DNA from: Thermodesulfobacteriota bacterium
GTDB taxonomy: Bacteria > Desulfobacterota_D > UBA1144 > Nemesobacterales > Mycalebacteriaceae
Assembly (NCBI GenBank): GCA_965205855.1
Contig: OZ242184.1
Span: forward strand, 352,001 to 416,000
DNA length: 64,000 nucleotides
Reading direction: 5' to 3'
Each line of letters opens with the position of its first letter. Within the stretch, counting starts at the first letter, position 1. Below are positions 22,468 through 32,038 of the stretch, piece by piece. Both the position numbers and the translations under genes were made by a program. The notes under the pieces were generated by a model. The model ran no database searches. It was given only the letters and a program-made list of their open reading frames with translations, and was not told the DNA's origin.

Positions 22468-25023
22468 ATGCAGGACTATTCGCGATTTCTCAGCCGTTGT
22501 TCAAGTTGGGAGCAGTTTTCGGATTACACAGGCTCCCTGAAAACCGCGAAAGAGAAGGGCGACCTTTTTGAAAAACTGGTTTGGACATATCTGACAGTCC
22601 ATCCCGAATACAGGACAAAGCTTTCCAATGTTTGGTTGCTCCGCGATGTTCCGCAGGCGGTTACCCGCAAGCTCAATCTTCCGTCTGCCGACGAGGGTAT
22701 AGACCTGATTGCGCAAGCTCGCGGCGGCGGGTTCTGGGCGATACAGGCAAAATACAGGTCTGACAAAGACAAAGCGCTGAACACCCGCGACCTTGCGAAG
22801 TTTTTGCACCTTTCTTTTACCCATTGTAACGGCATAACCCACGGCGTTATTGCGCACACGACTTCAAAGCCCGTACGGAAAAAAAATTTGCTTGGTAATG
22901 TGGTTGAAATCGGTCTTTCGCGCTGGCAGGAACTCTCGCCCGAAGGGTGGGACGCAATCCGCGCGAAGGTGGCGAACAAGGTTCACAATCTCGTGCCGCG
23001 CAAACCGAGGAGACATCAGAAGGCGGCAATCGCCAACATACGCAAGCATTACGCGGAAGAAAAAAAGCCGAGGGGCAGGATGATTATGCCTTGCGCGTCC
23101 GGAAAAAGTCTCACGGCGTTCTGGGCAGCGCAAGCCCTTAAAGCGAAGACGGTTGTTCTTGCCGTGCCGAGTCTTTTGCTCGTAAAGCAAAGCGTCAAAG
23201 ACTGGACTCGCGAGTATCTCGCCCATAATGAGACACCGGACTGGCTTTGTGTTTGCAGCGATGAGACTGTTGGCAAGATAGAGGACAGTTTTGTTTCAAA
23301 CATATACGAAACGGGGCTTCCGACCACAACGGACGCAAAAGAGATAGCAGACTTTCTGAGAAAACGCTCATCTGTGCCGAGGGTGATTTTTACAACCTAC
23401 CAAAGCAGTCCCCGGCTTGCGGAGGCGGCGCGCAAGTCCGGGCGCGAGATAGACCTCTGCATACTGGACGAAGCGCACAAGACAGTCGGGGAAAAAGATT
23501 CCGCTTTTGCGACCTTGCTTGACAACAGGAAACTGAAAATCAAAAGGCGGCTTTTTATGACTGCCACAGAAAGGGTTCTTCACGGAAAAAACGATGAAGT
23601 TCTGTCAATGGATGACGAGCGGACTTACGGCGGGTGTTTTTATCAACTCACATTCAGGCAAGCGATTGAGGACGGCATTATATGCGATTATAAGATTCTG
23701 ACTCTTACGATTTTGGACGCGCAGGTACGCGAGATTGTTGAGAGAAACAGACTTGTGAAAGACAGATTGCTTGCTCAGCAGACCCGTGAGTCCGCGCCGC
23801 TTGCCGCGGGAATTGCGCTCGGCAAGGTGTTCAACGAACACTGCATTAAACACGCGGTTTCATTTCACAAAAGCATAAAATCCGCTACCGATTTCAAATC
23901 CCAGCAGGAAGACCTTTCAAAGTCTCGCGTTATCAAAACAAAGATTGAGAACTTTCATATTTCAAGCAATCTGTCCGCCGGAGAGCGAACGGTTGTGATG
24001 CGCGATTTTGAGCAATCCCAAAGGTCTCTTATAACAAACGCCAGATGTTTGACCGAAGGGGTTGATGTTCCCGCGATTGATTGTGTTCTTTTTGCAGATC
24101 CCAAGCACAGCGTTATTGACATTGTTCAAGCGGCGGGAAGGGCGATGCGTCCGAAAGAGGGAAAAGAGAGGGGCTACATACTCCTGCCGATTGTTGTGCC
24201 GGACGGGATGAGTGTTGAGGAATTTGCGGAAACAACCCCGTTCAAAAAGGTTGCAAGTCAGATTACCGCGCTGTCCACTCAGGACGAGAGAGTCAAGGAA
24301 GAGTTCAGGGCGATTACCGAAGGGAAAAGGCCAAGCGCGCAAGGGCGGCTTTTTTCAATCAGCGGCGATGTTCCCGCCGGAATGAATATCAGTCTCAAAC
24401 AGTTTTCCGATGCGATTGAAAGCAAAATTTGGGAAAAGGTTGCCAAAGTTAATTGGAGGGTTTTTAAAGAAGCGCGGGATTATGCGCAGTCGTTGAGACT
24501 AAAAAGTGCAACGGAATGGCGCGAACACACAAAGTCATCCGATTTTCCGTCAGATATTCCTGTTGATCCCAACCGAACATACAAAGACAAAGGATGGGTT
24601 AATTGGGGAGATTGGCTTGGGACTGGAAATATAGCTAATTTTCTCAAAGAGTACCGTTCTTTTAAAGAAGCGCGGGATTATGCGCAGTCGTTGCAACTAA
24701 GAAGTAGAACGGAATGGCGCGAACACACAAAGTCATCCGATTTTCCGTCAGGTATTCCTGTTGATCCCTACCGAACATACAAAGACAAAGGATGGGTTAA
24801 TTGGGGAGATTGGCTTGGGACTGGAAATATAGCTAATTTTCTCAAAGAGTACCGTTCTTTTAAAGAAGCGCGGGATTATGCGCAGTCGTTGAGACTAAAA
24901 AGTGCAACGGAATGGCGCGAACACACAAAGTCATCCGATTCTCCGTCAGATATTCCTGTTGCTCCCGACCAAATATACAAAGACAAAGGATGGGTTAATT
25001 GGGGAGATTGGCTTGGAAAATAA
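22468..25023 (+). CDS. Mrr-like restriction endonuclease + SF2 (DEAH) helicase + C-terminal tandem 66-aa repeats; Type ISP-like but without methyltransferase
   Basis: Nuclease motifs KGDLFE...DEGIDLIA...AIQAKY. Helicase motifs PRRHQ, MPCASGKS, ILDEAH, MTAT, CLTEGVDVP and VQAAGRAMR. C-terminal repeats end in GWVNWGDWLG. Confidence 0.88.
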   Translation: MQDYSRFLSRCSSWEQFSDYTGSLKTAKEKGDLFEKLVWTYLTVHPEYRTKLSNVWLLRDVPQAVTRKLNLPSADEGIDLIAQARGGGFWAIQAKYRSDKDKALNTRDLAKFLHLSFTHCNGITHGVIAHTTSKPVRKKNLLGNVVEIGLSRWQELSPEGWDAIRAKVANKVHNLVPRKPRRHQKAAIANIRKHYAEEKKPRGRMIMPCASGKSLTAFWAAQALKAKTVVLAVPSLLLVKQSVKDWTREYLAHNETPDWLCVCSDETVGKIEDSFVSNIYETGLPTTTDAKEIADFLRKRSSVPRVIFTTYQSSPRLAEAARKSGREIDLCILDEAHKTVGEKDSAFATLLDNRKLKIKRRLFMTATERVLHGKNDEVLSMDDERTYGGCFYQLTFRQAIEDGIICDYKILTLTILDAQVREIVERNRLVKDRLLAQQTRESAPLAAGIALGKVFNEHCIKHAVSFHKSIKSATDFKSQQEDLSKSRVIKTKIENFHISSNLSAGERTVVMRDFEQSQRSLITNARCLTEGVDVPAIDCVLFADPKHSVIDIVQAAGRAMRPKEGKERGYILLPIVVPDGMSVEEFAETTPFKKVASQITALSTQDERVKEEFRAITEGKRPSAQGRLFSISGDVPAGMNISLKQFSDAIESKIWEKVAKVNWRVFKEARDYAQSLRLKSATEWREHTKSSDFPSDIPVDPNRTYKDKGWVNWGDWLGTGNIANFLKEYRSFKEARDYAQSLQLRSRTEWREHTKSSDFPSGIPVDPYRTYKDKGWVNWGDWLGTGNIANFLKEYRSFKEARDYAQSLRLKSATEWREHTKSSDSPSDIPVAPDQIYKDKGWVNWGDWLGK
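24463..25020 (+). repeat. Intragenic tandem repeat, 198-bp unit x ~2.8 (starts at 24463, 24661, 24859)
   Basis: TTTAAAGAAGCGCGGGATTATGCGCAGTCG recurs at exact 198-nt spacing; unit 1 and unit 2 differ at 7 nt. Confidence 0.97.
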
Positions 25024-25051
25024 GCCGCTTTCAATTTCCGATTGGGGGCTA

Positions 25052-26779
25052 TCAGATTTTAAATTGGACGCTAATCAATAATCCCACAACCCTTTCCGCC
25101 GCTTTCTCAATCTCAACATTCTCCGTCTTATCCGTCAGGCGGTTCTTAACCTCAACCACTCCGTTTTTGAGTCCTCTCGGTCCCGCGATAATCTGAAACG
25201 GAATTCCAATCAGCTCGCAGTCTTTGAATTTTACGCCCGCGCTTTCGTCCCTGTCGTCAATCAGGGCGTCTATGCCCGCTTCAATGAGTTTTTTATAGAT
25301 GCCTTCTGCGACCGAAACTGTTTGCTCATTGCCCATGCTTGTTGGAATAACGGCGACTTCAAAAGGCGCTATGGCGGGCGGAATAACCATTGATTTGCCG
25401 TCGTTGTTCTGCTCTATTGCGGCGGCGGCGGTTCTGCCTATTCCTATTCCGTAACATCCCATTACAAACGGCTTCTCGCTTCCGTCCGAATCGGTGAAAG
25501 CAGCCTCCATCGCCTCGCTGTATTTTGTTCCGAGCATAAAAACATGGCCAACCTCTATGCCCCTTATTGAAGACAGTTTTCCGCCTTCGCACGACGGGCA
25601 GCCGTCCCCGTCCGCTGCGACACGGATGTCAAGAAATGCGTCCGGGGTGAAATCCCTTCCTTCGCTCACATTTGTTATGTGCGCGTCTTTTCTGTTAGCG
25701 CCCGCAACGGCATTTGTCATTGCGCGAATTGAAATGTCCGCAACTATTTTGACTTTCTCCTTCATTCCCACGGGCCCGCTGAAACCCACCGCGCCGCCGC
25801 AGACGCGCATAATCTCTTCCGCATTCGCAAGTTCGGCGGTTTCTGTGCCGAGCGCCTTTTTCAGTTTTGTCAGACTGAGTTCCCCGTCTCCGCGCACAAG
25901 AGCGGCAACCGTCCCGTCGTTTGTTGAAATAATCATCGTCTTTATCAAATCGGACGGACTTACTCCGAGAAATTTTGCGACATCCCCGACCGTTTTCATC
26001 CCCGGAGTTTCAACCTCACTGATTTCGCCGGGGTTTGCTCCAGTTTTTTCCGTCTCCGCTTCCGCTACCCCCGCAAGTTCGAGGTTTGCCGCATAGCCGC
26101 ACTTTTTACATGTCATCACAACATCCTCGCCCGTGGGAGCGAGAACCATGAACTCGTGCGACTCGCTTCCGCCGATGTTTCCCGTGTCCGCAAGCACGAC
26201 ACGAAACTCAAGGCCACAACGTTTGAAAATTCTGTTGTATGCGTCAAACATTTTTCCGTATGAGATTTTTGCGTTCTCAACAGAGGAGTCAAAGCTGTAT
26301 GCGTCCTTCATTATAAATTCGCGCGCGCGCATTATGCCGAAACGGGGGCGGATTTCATCCCTGAATTTTGTCTGTATCTGATAGAAATTCACGGGAAGGT
26401 CTTTGTAGGAACGTAAATCTCTCGCGGCTAGGTCGGTGATTATCTCCTCATGCGTGGGGCCTATGCAGAAATCCCTGTCCGCTCTGTCGTGCAAACGCAG
26501 GAGTTCCTTGCCGTAATGGTCCCACCTGCCGCTTTTTTTCCAGAGCTCGGCGGGAAGAACGGTCGGAAGAAGCGCCTCAATCGCGCCCGAAGTGTTCATC
26601 TCTTCACGGACTATTTTTTCTATTTTTCTCAAAAATCGCAGACCGAGCGGCAGATAGTCGTATATTCCCGCCGCGACTTTTCTTATCATCCCGGCGCGCG
26701 CCATAAGTTTGTGGCTTGCGACTTCAGCGTCCGCGGGGTCGTTCTTGAGAGTCGGTATGAAATATGAGGAAAATCTCAA
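25052..26779 (-). CDS. proS: Proline--tRNA ligase (with editing domain)
   Basis: GPTHEE, FRDEIRPRFGIMRAREF, IEVGHVF and MGCYGIG motifs. Start is probably TTG 26779 (MRFSSYF); the ORF extends to ATG 26827. Confidence 0.97.
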   Translation of the reverse strand: MRFSSYFIPTLKNDPADAEVASHKLMARAGMIRKVAAGIYDYLPLGLRFLRKIEKIVREEMNTSGAIEALLPTVLPAELWKKSGRWDHYGKELLRLHDRADRDFCIGPTHEEIITDLAARDLRSYKDLPVNFYQIQTKFRDEIRPRFGIMRAREFIMKDAYSFDSSVENAKISYGKMFDAYNRIFKRCGLEFRVVLADTGNIGGSESHEFMVLAPTGEDVVMTCKKCGYAANLELAGVAEAETEKTGANPGEISEVETPGMKTVGDVAKFLGVSPSDLIKTMIISTNDGTVAALVRGDGELSLTKLKKALGTETAELANAEEIMRVCGGAVGFSGPVGMKEKVKIVADISIRAMTNAVAGANRKDAHITNVSEGRDFTPDAFLDIRVAADGDGCPSCEGGKLSSIRGIEVGHVFMLGTKYSEAMEAAFTDSDGSEKPFVMGCYGIGIGRTAAAAIEQNNDGKSMVIPPAIAPFEVAVIPTSMGNEQTVSVAEGIYKKLIEAGIDALIDDRDESAGVKFKDCELIGIPFQIIAGPRGLKNGVVEVKNRLTDKTENVEIEKAAERVVGLLISVQFKI

Positions 26780-26810
26780 TTTGTTATGTCCCGCCGGAGA
26801 AGAGATGGCA

Positions 26811-27869
26811 TTACAATGCGTATTCACGAATCTCTTTTATGAGTTCGTCAACAATCCGGGATTCCTTGAAAGAGCGCACAAGTTTGCCGTTTTTGTAAAG
26901 TATTCCCTTGCCCCTTCCGCCAGCGATTCCGATGTCCGCATCGCTTGCCTCGCCGGGTCCGTTAACAGCACAACCGAGAATCGCCACTTTTACGGGTTTG
27001 GACAGGCGCATTGTCTTTGTGCGTTTTTCAACATCTTCCACAAGTTTTATCAAATCTATCTCAAGCCGTCCGCAACCCGGACACGAGATGATTTCAACGC
27101 CGCTTTTTCTCATTCCTATTGATTTCAGTATGTCTATGCCGACCGCCACTTCGCTTACCGGATCGCCCGTGAGAGAGACGCGGATTGTGTCACCGATTCC
27201 CTTTGACAGCAGAGCGCCAATTCCGACCGAGGATTTTATCGTTCCCATTGCCGGGGTTCCCGCTTCAGTAACGCCGAGATGGAGAGGGTATTCGGTCATT
27301 TCAGCGATAATTTCATACGCCTCTATCATCCTTAGCACATCGGTTGATTTCACCGATATTTTAATGTCGTGAAAGTCAAGGTCTTCAAGGATTTCAACAT
27401 GCCTCATCGCGCTTTCGGCAAGCGCGGTGCCTGTTGGCGAGCCGTGTTTGCGCAGGATGTCCTTTTCAAGAGAGCCGGAATTCACTCCTATTCTTATCGG
27501 GATTTTTCTCTCCTTGCACGCCGCTACAACTTTCATTATCTTAGTTGTTGAGCCAATGTTTCCGGGGTTTATTCTCATTGCGTCAACGCCTTGTCCGATG
27601 GCGGCAAGGGCGAGTTTGTGGTCAAAATGGATGTCCGAAACAAGCGGTATGTTTGTCTGGCGTTTTATTTCGCCGAGAGCGTTTGCAGCATCTATGTCCG
27701 GAACCGCAAGGCGGACAATGTCGCAACCGGCCTCTTCAAGCCGTTTGATTTCCTCAACGGTTGAGGAAACATCGCGCGTGTCGGTTTTTGTCATGGACTG
27801 AACCGAAACCGGCGAGCCGCCGCCGACCTCTACAGCGCCTATTTTGATTTTTCTGGAAACTCTCCGCAA
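26811..27869 (-). CDS. ispG: (E)-4-hydroxy-3-methylbut-2-enyl-diphosphate synthase
   Basis: VQSMT, RINPGN, RIGVNSGSL, CPGCGR and GCAVNGPGE motifs. Confidence 0.98.
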   Translation of the reverse strand: MRRVSRKIKIGAVEVGGGSPVSVQSMTKTDTRDVSSTVEEIKRLEEAGCDIVRLAVPDIDAANALGEIKRQTNIPLVSDIHFDHKLALAAIGQGVDAMRINPGNIGSTTKIMKVVAACKERKIPIRIGVNSGSLEKDILRKHGSPTGTALAESAMRHVEILEDLDFHDIKISVKSTDVLRMIEAYEIIAEMTEYPLHLGVTEAGTPAMGTIKSSVGIGALLSKGIGDTIRVSLTGDPVSEVAVGIDILKSIGMRKSGVEIISCPGCGRLEIDLIKLVEDVEKRTKTMRLSKPVKVAILGCAVNGPGEASDADIGIAGGRGKGILYKNGKLVRSFKESRIVDELIKEIREYAL

Positions 27870-27927
27870 ACTGCGGACAAAAATAGTTTATGGGGCATGG
27901 AGTGTCAAGCGGAAAACTCCCCGTCCG

Positions 27928-28587
27928 TCAGGCGTAGAGGTCATCTCTTGCGTATTGCGGCGCAAAGGAAAACGCGGTCTCGGTTTTCCCTTCCTTCATT
28001 AAACGCAACCCCAGTTTCGCGCATACAGACGCCTTTGAGGGCTGAACTTGGAACTTCGGGCACGGAAGGGGGGTTATTGCGCCGGAAAAGAGAGCGCCTT
28101 CCTGCAAAACGGCGATGAGCGGGGTTTGCGTGATTTTATCCAGCCGTTTTTGCAACTCATGCGGTTTTGTAGTCATATCTTCGGACAGCCTTGTCGTTTC
28201 TCCTCTCTGTTTTTTAAAAAGAGCCCAGAAAAACATCCCGCTTCTTGCGTCTATGGCGCAGCACACCACGCAGTCTGGCGGGCAGTCCGCGCTTGCGGCA
28301 AGGATTTCAAGGGACGGAACGGGAGCGATTGGAATGTTGAGCGCGAACGCGAATGATTTTGCCACCGCCGCGCCCACCTTGAGAGGGGTGAAGAAACCCG
28401 GGCCGGACGAGACGGCTATCAGGCTTATTTCACTCTTTTCAGAGGCGGTTTCTTTTAGAAGCTTATCCACACAGAGGGGAAGCTCTTCGGCGTTTTTTGT
28501 TACGGAGCGTTCGGCGAGTGTTTTCTCTTCGTCCGCAATGGCGACGCTTCCCCGGTGGGTTGAAGACTCAATGGCAAGAACCTTCAT
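27928..28587 (-). CDS. tsaB: tRNA threonylcarbamoyladenosine biosynthesis protein
   Basis: MKVLAIESS, GPGFFT and IDAR motifs; C-terminal P.Y.R. Confidence 0.88.
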   Translation of the reverse strand: MKVLAIESSTHRGSVAIADEEKTLAERSVTKNAEELPLCVDKLLKETASEKSEISLIAVSSGPGFFTPLKVGAAVAKSFAFALNIPIAPVPSLEILAASADCPPDCVVCCAIDARSGMFFWALFKKQRGETTRLSEDMTTKPHELQKRLDKITQTPLIAVLQEGALFSGAITPLPCPKFQVQPSKASVCAKLGLRLMKEGKTETAFSFAPQYARDDLYA

Positions 28588-28589
28588 TA

Positions 28590-29615
28590 TCAGGAATCTT
28601 TGACTCCGGCCTGCGTGAGAATTGCCTTTCGTATCTCGCGCGCGAGCGGAAGGTTTTCGGCGAGAAACTCAACCGTTTTCTGCCTTCCCTGTCCGAGTTT
28701 CTTGTCTCCGTAGGAAAAATACGCGCCCTTTTGCTGGATTATTTTGTATTGTGTTCCGATGTCGATAATCTCGCCAAATTTGGAAATTCCTTTTCCGTAG
28801 ACTATCTCCACCTCGGCAGCCCTGAACGGCGGTGCGACCTTGTTTTTCACCACGCGCACCCTTGCCTTGATTCCGGTTATTTTGTCGTCCTTATCTTTCA
28901 TTGAGGAGATTCTTCTCACATCCATTCTTACTGAGGAGTAAAAACGCAAAGCCGTTCCTCCGGTTGTCGTTTCGGGATTCATATAGGAGGGAACCCCGAT
29001 TTTTTGCCTTGTCTGGTTTATAAATATGACCGTGGTTCCGGATTTGGAGACGCTTCCGGTAAGTTTTCTGAGAGCCTGAGACATCAGCCTTGCCTGAAGT
29101 CCGACATGAGAATCGCCCATTTCGCCGTCTATTTCCGCTTTCGGAACAAGTGCGGCGACCGAGTCAATAACCACAAGATCAACCGTGCCGCTTTTTACCA
29201 GAGTGTCCACTATTTCAAGCGCCTGTTCGCCGCTGTCGGGTTGCGAAACAAGCATCTCCCTGAGGTTCACTCCGAGAGCCCTTGTGTAACGCGGGTCAAG
29301 CGCATGCTCCGCATCCACAAACGCGGCGATGCCTCCCTTTTTCTGGCACTCGGCGATGGCGCTTATGGCAATGGTTGTTTTTCCCGAAGACTCCGCGCCG
29401 TAAATCTCAATAACCCTTCCTCTCGGCAAACCCCCGACTCCGAGAGCGATGTTTATCCCTATGGAGCCAGTGGATATAACCTGAATGTCGGACACTTTCC
29501 CGTCTGCGCCGAGGGTCATAATTGCTCCCTCTCCGAACTGTTTTTGTATGAGAGAGATAACCTTGTCCACTGAACTTTTTGTTTCACCGGGTTGGGCTTG
29601 TTCTTTTGTCGCCAT
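28590..29615 (-). CDS. recA: Recombinase A
   Basis: [21 protein letters not shown] and [10 protein letters not shown] motifs. Confidence 0.99.
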   Translation of the reverse strand: MATKEQAQPGETKSSVDKVISLIQKQFGEGAIMTLGADGKVSDIQVISTGSIGINIALGVGGLPRGRVIEIYGAESSGKTTIAISAIAECQKKGGIAAFVDAEHALDPRYTRALGVNLREMLVSQPDSGEQALEIVDTLVKSGTVDLVVIDSVAALVPKAEIDGEMGDSHVGLQARLMSQALRKLTGSVSKSGTTVIFINQTRQKIGVPSYMNPETTTGGTALRFYSSVRMDVRRISSMKDKDDKITGIKARVRVVKNKVAPPFRAAEVEIVYGKGISKFGEIIDIGTQYKIIQQKGAYFSYGDKKLGQGRQKTVEFLAENLPLAREIRKAILTQAGVKDS

Positions 29616-29626
29616 TTTATTACTCC

Positions 29627-30154
29627 TTAAGGTTTCCGGGAAAGGACGCCGAGCGCCGATCTCCTTATCATATCAAGAGCCCTGGATACCGACTGATTTC
29701 TTATACCGGAACGTTTTCCTTTGAGCTCGCACTTGACACAAACCGCATTGTCCTCGGCTTTGCGGCTGCTCACGGCAATGTAAACAGTTCCGACCGGCTT
29801 TTCAAACGACCCTCCGCCGGGTCCCGCTATTCCCGTTATGCTGACCCCGATGTCTGCGTCGAAGCGCTTTTTTGCGGCGTTTGCCATTGCTATTGCGACC
29901 TCTTTGCTCACTGCGCCGTTTTTTTCAATCACCGACGCCGGCACGCCAAGGATTGCGGTTTTTGATTCATTTGAGTAAGTAACCGCGCCGCCGTGGAAAT
30001 AATCCGAACTTCCGGCAACCCCGGTAAGCGCAGAGGCGAGCATTCCTCCCGTGCAGGATTCCGCCGCCGCGACCGTGAGGTTTTTTTCTCGTAAAGCTGC
30101 GGCAACTGTTTCGGCAAGACACGCTCCTTCGCTACTTTTCAACTTATCAGCCAA
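29627..30154 (-). CDS. cinA: CinA C-terminal family / NMN amidohydrolase (PncC-like)
   Basis: [14 protein letters not shown] and TGIAGPGGG motifs; lies upstream of recA. Confidence 0.9.
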   Translation of the reverse strand: MADKLKSSEGACLAETVAAALREKNLTVAAAESCTGGMLASALTGVAGSSDYFHGGAVTYSNESKTAILGVPASVIEKNGAVSKEVAIAMANAAKKRFDADIGVSITGIAGPGGGSFEKPVGTVYIAVSSRKAEDNAVCVKCELKGKRSGIRNQSVSRALDMIRRSALGVLSRKP

Positions 30155-30617
30155 ATCCCGCGATCTCCAAAGCCCTCACCGCGGCTATGCACAGCCCGGC
30201 AAGTAAACCAGCATATACATCGTCCAGCACGATGCCCCAGCCCCCGGAAAGATTTTCAATCCGGCGGGAAGGGGGGATTTTCATTATGTCGAAAAGCCTG
30301 AAGAGAACAAATCCCGCAATAACTTCACGTGCCTGCCCCGAAGAAAAAAGCATTGCGGTGAAAAACCCCGCCGCCTCGTCCATGACTATTTTTTGCGGGT
30401 CTTTTTCTCCGAAAGCCCGCGCCGCTCCGTTGCAGATAAAAACGGACGCGCCCGTGAAAATTACGCAGAAAAGCGCAAACTCGAAAGACCCGAAACTGGC
30501 GAGGAAAAAGACGTAAAACAGTGCCGCTCCCGCCGTGCCGAAGGTTCCCGGAGCAAAAGGGACATATCCAAGCCCGAAAAGCGAGGATAAGATTTTTTTC
30601 GCCCGTCCCCTGTTCAG
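30147..30617 (-). CDS. pgpA: Phosphatidylglycerophosphatase A (156 aa; apparent CTG start)
   Basis: The frame of the 78-aa ORF stays open upstream through [14 protein letters not shown] and [10 protein letters not shown], then FRLFDIMK and GIVLDD. The upstream in-frame stop is at 30633-30635. Confidence 0.9.
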   Translation of the reverse strand: MNRGRAKKILSSLFGLGYVPFAPGTFGTAGAALFYVFFLASFGSFEFALFCVIFTGASVFICNGAARAFGEKDPQKIVMDEAAGFFTAMLFSSGQAREVIAGFVLFRLFDIMKIPPSRRIENLSGGWGIVLDDVYAGLLAGLCIAAVRALEIAGFG

Positions 30618-31141
30618 TTTGCGTCTCCCGACTCAATTTCCAGAAGTATCTTTTTCATCTCAACTCCGCCCCCTCCGCTGTATCCGCCCAGCCCTTTGTT
30701 TCCGACAACCCTGTGGCACGGAATAAGTATCGGAAAAACATTTGCCGCAAGCGCCTGAGCAACCGCTCTGCGGTGGTTTTTACCGCCGACTTTCGCGGCT
30801 ACGGCGGAATAAGTCGCCGTCTTTCCGTAAGGGATTTTTGATATCTCCTTCCAGACATTCATGCGGAACTCGGACGCTTCCGGAAAGACAAGGGAGGTGC
30901 CCGCGTGTCTGCCGTTTCCCTCAACCGCGGACAAAACACTTGAAAGCCCGGAATTAAGGTGTCCCAGAACTTCGGGCGGAATTTTCCGCGTGTTTGAGTC
31001 CGCGAGGGGTTTCTTTCCAAGCCCGACCGATATGTGGCATAATCCTTCTTTGCTCGCGTGCACGGTTATAAAAAACCCCTGTTTGACTTCAACTGTTTTG
31101 GAGAAAATCGACCGCCGTGTCATTTGAGAAAACCGCTCCAT
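30614..31141 (-). CDS. ogt: Methylated-DNA--protein-cysteine methyltransferase
   Basis: IPYGKTATY, RAVAQA and IPCHRVV motifs. Confidence 0.93.
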   Translation of the reverse strand: MERFSQMTRRSIFSKTVEVKQGFFITVHASKEGLCHISVGLGKKPLADSNTRKIPPEVLGHLNSGLSSVLSAVEGNGRHAGTSLVFPEASEFRMNVWKEISKIPYGKTATYSAVAAKVGGKNHRRAVAQALAANVFPILIPCHRVVGNKGLGGYSGGGGVEMKKILLEIESGDAN

Positions 31142-31249
31142 AAGACTATAATTGCATAATACTCATTGCAAGACTCGTCCCGATTTTTCTGAATTGAAAA
31201 GTTTTTGTTACATTCACAATCTACGCCGGAGCTCCGGGGAAAAAGACAA

Positions 31250-32038
31250 ATGGCAAAGATAGTAGCGGTTGTGAACCAAAAAGGCGGAGTGGGAAAAACA
31301 ACAACCGCCGTGAACCTTTCCGCAAGCCTCGCATTGCTCGGAAAAAAAACCCTTCTTGTGGATTTTGACCCCCAGGGCAACTCTTCAAGCGGCGTGGGCG
31401 TTGATAAAAACGGCGAGGTGGCAACGGTTTACGATGTTCTTGTCGGCAGGATGCCACTTGTCGGTTCGATTCTTGATGTCTATCCGGATTTTTTCGATGG
31501 CAGGTTTGACATTCTACCTTCGAATTCGAACCTGACCGGTGCGGAGGTTGAGTTTCTCGGCCTTGAGGAAAGGGAAACCATACTGAAAAAATCGCTCATG
31601 CGTATTGCGCACCGGTATGCGTATATCATCATAGACTGCCCTCCTTCCCTTAACATTCTTTCGATAAACGCACTTGCCGCGGCGGACTCGGTGATAATTC
31701 CCATACAGTGCGAGTACTATGCACTTGAGGGGCTTGTAAACATAAAAAAAACCGTGTCTTTGATACAAAAGCGCATTAACCCGTCTTTGTGTGTCGAGGG
31801 GTATCTTTTGACCATGTTTGACACAAGAAACAATATCTGCCACTCTGTCGTCCGTGAGACAAGAAACCATTTCGGGGATGACACTTTCAGCACTTTGATA
31901 TCCAGAACAGTCCGTCTCGCGGAGTGCCCGAGCCATGGCAAACCGCTGGTGATATATGACAAAAATTCTCAGGGAGCACGGGATTATATATCTCTTGCGG
32001 AGGAAATAATCAACAAAAACGGAGGTGTCAAAAAGTGA
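31250..32038 (+). CDS. parA: Chromosome partitioning ATPase (Soj)
   Basis: NQKGGVGKTTT, DFDPQGN, IDCPPSL and QCEYYALEG motifs. Confidence 0.95.
   Translation: MAKIVAVVNQKGGVGKTTTAVNLSASLALLGKKTLLVDFDPQGNSSSGVGVDKNGEVATVYDVLVGRMPLVGSILDVYPDFFDGRFDILPSNSNLTGAEVEFLGLEERETILKKSLMRIAHRYAYIIIDCPPSLNILSINALAAADSVIIPIQCEYYALEGLVNIKKTVSLIQKRINPSLCVEGYLLTMFDTRNNICHSVVRETRNHFGDDTFSTLISRTVRLAECPSHGKPLVIYDKNSQGARDYISLAEEIINKNGGVKK

Noticed and set aside
24463-25020. 198-bp repeats as a CRISPR array or a DGR template/variable repeat pair
   Set aside because: The units are contiguous, in frame and have no spacers. The differences are not restricted to adenines, and no cas or reverse transcriptase gene is present.
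30147-30636. pgpA as a frameshifted pseudogene (two overlapping ORFs in the track)
   Set aside because: Manual translation shows one uninterrupted frame; only a canonical start codon is missing.
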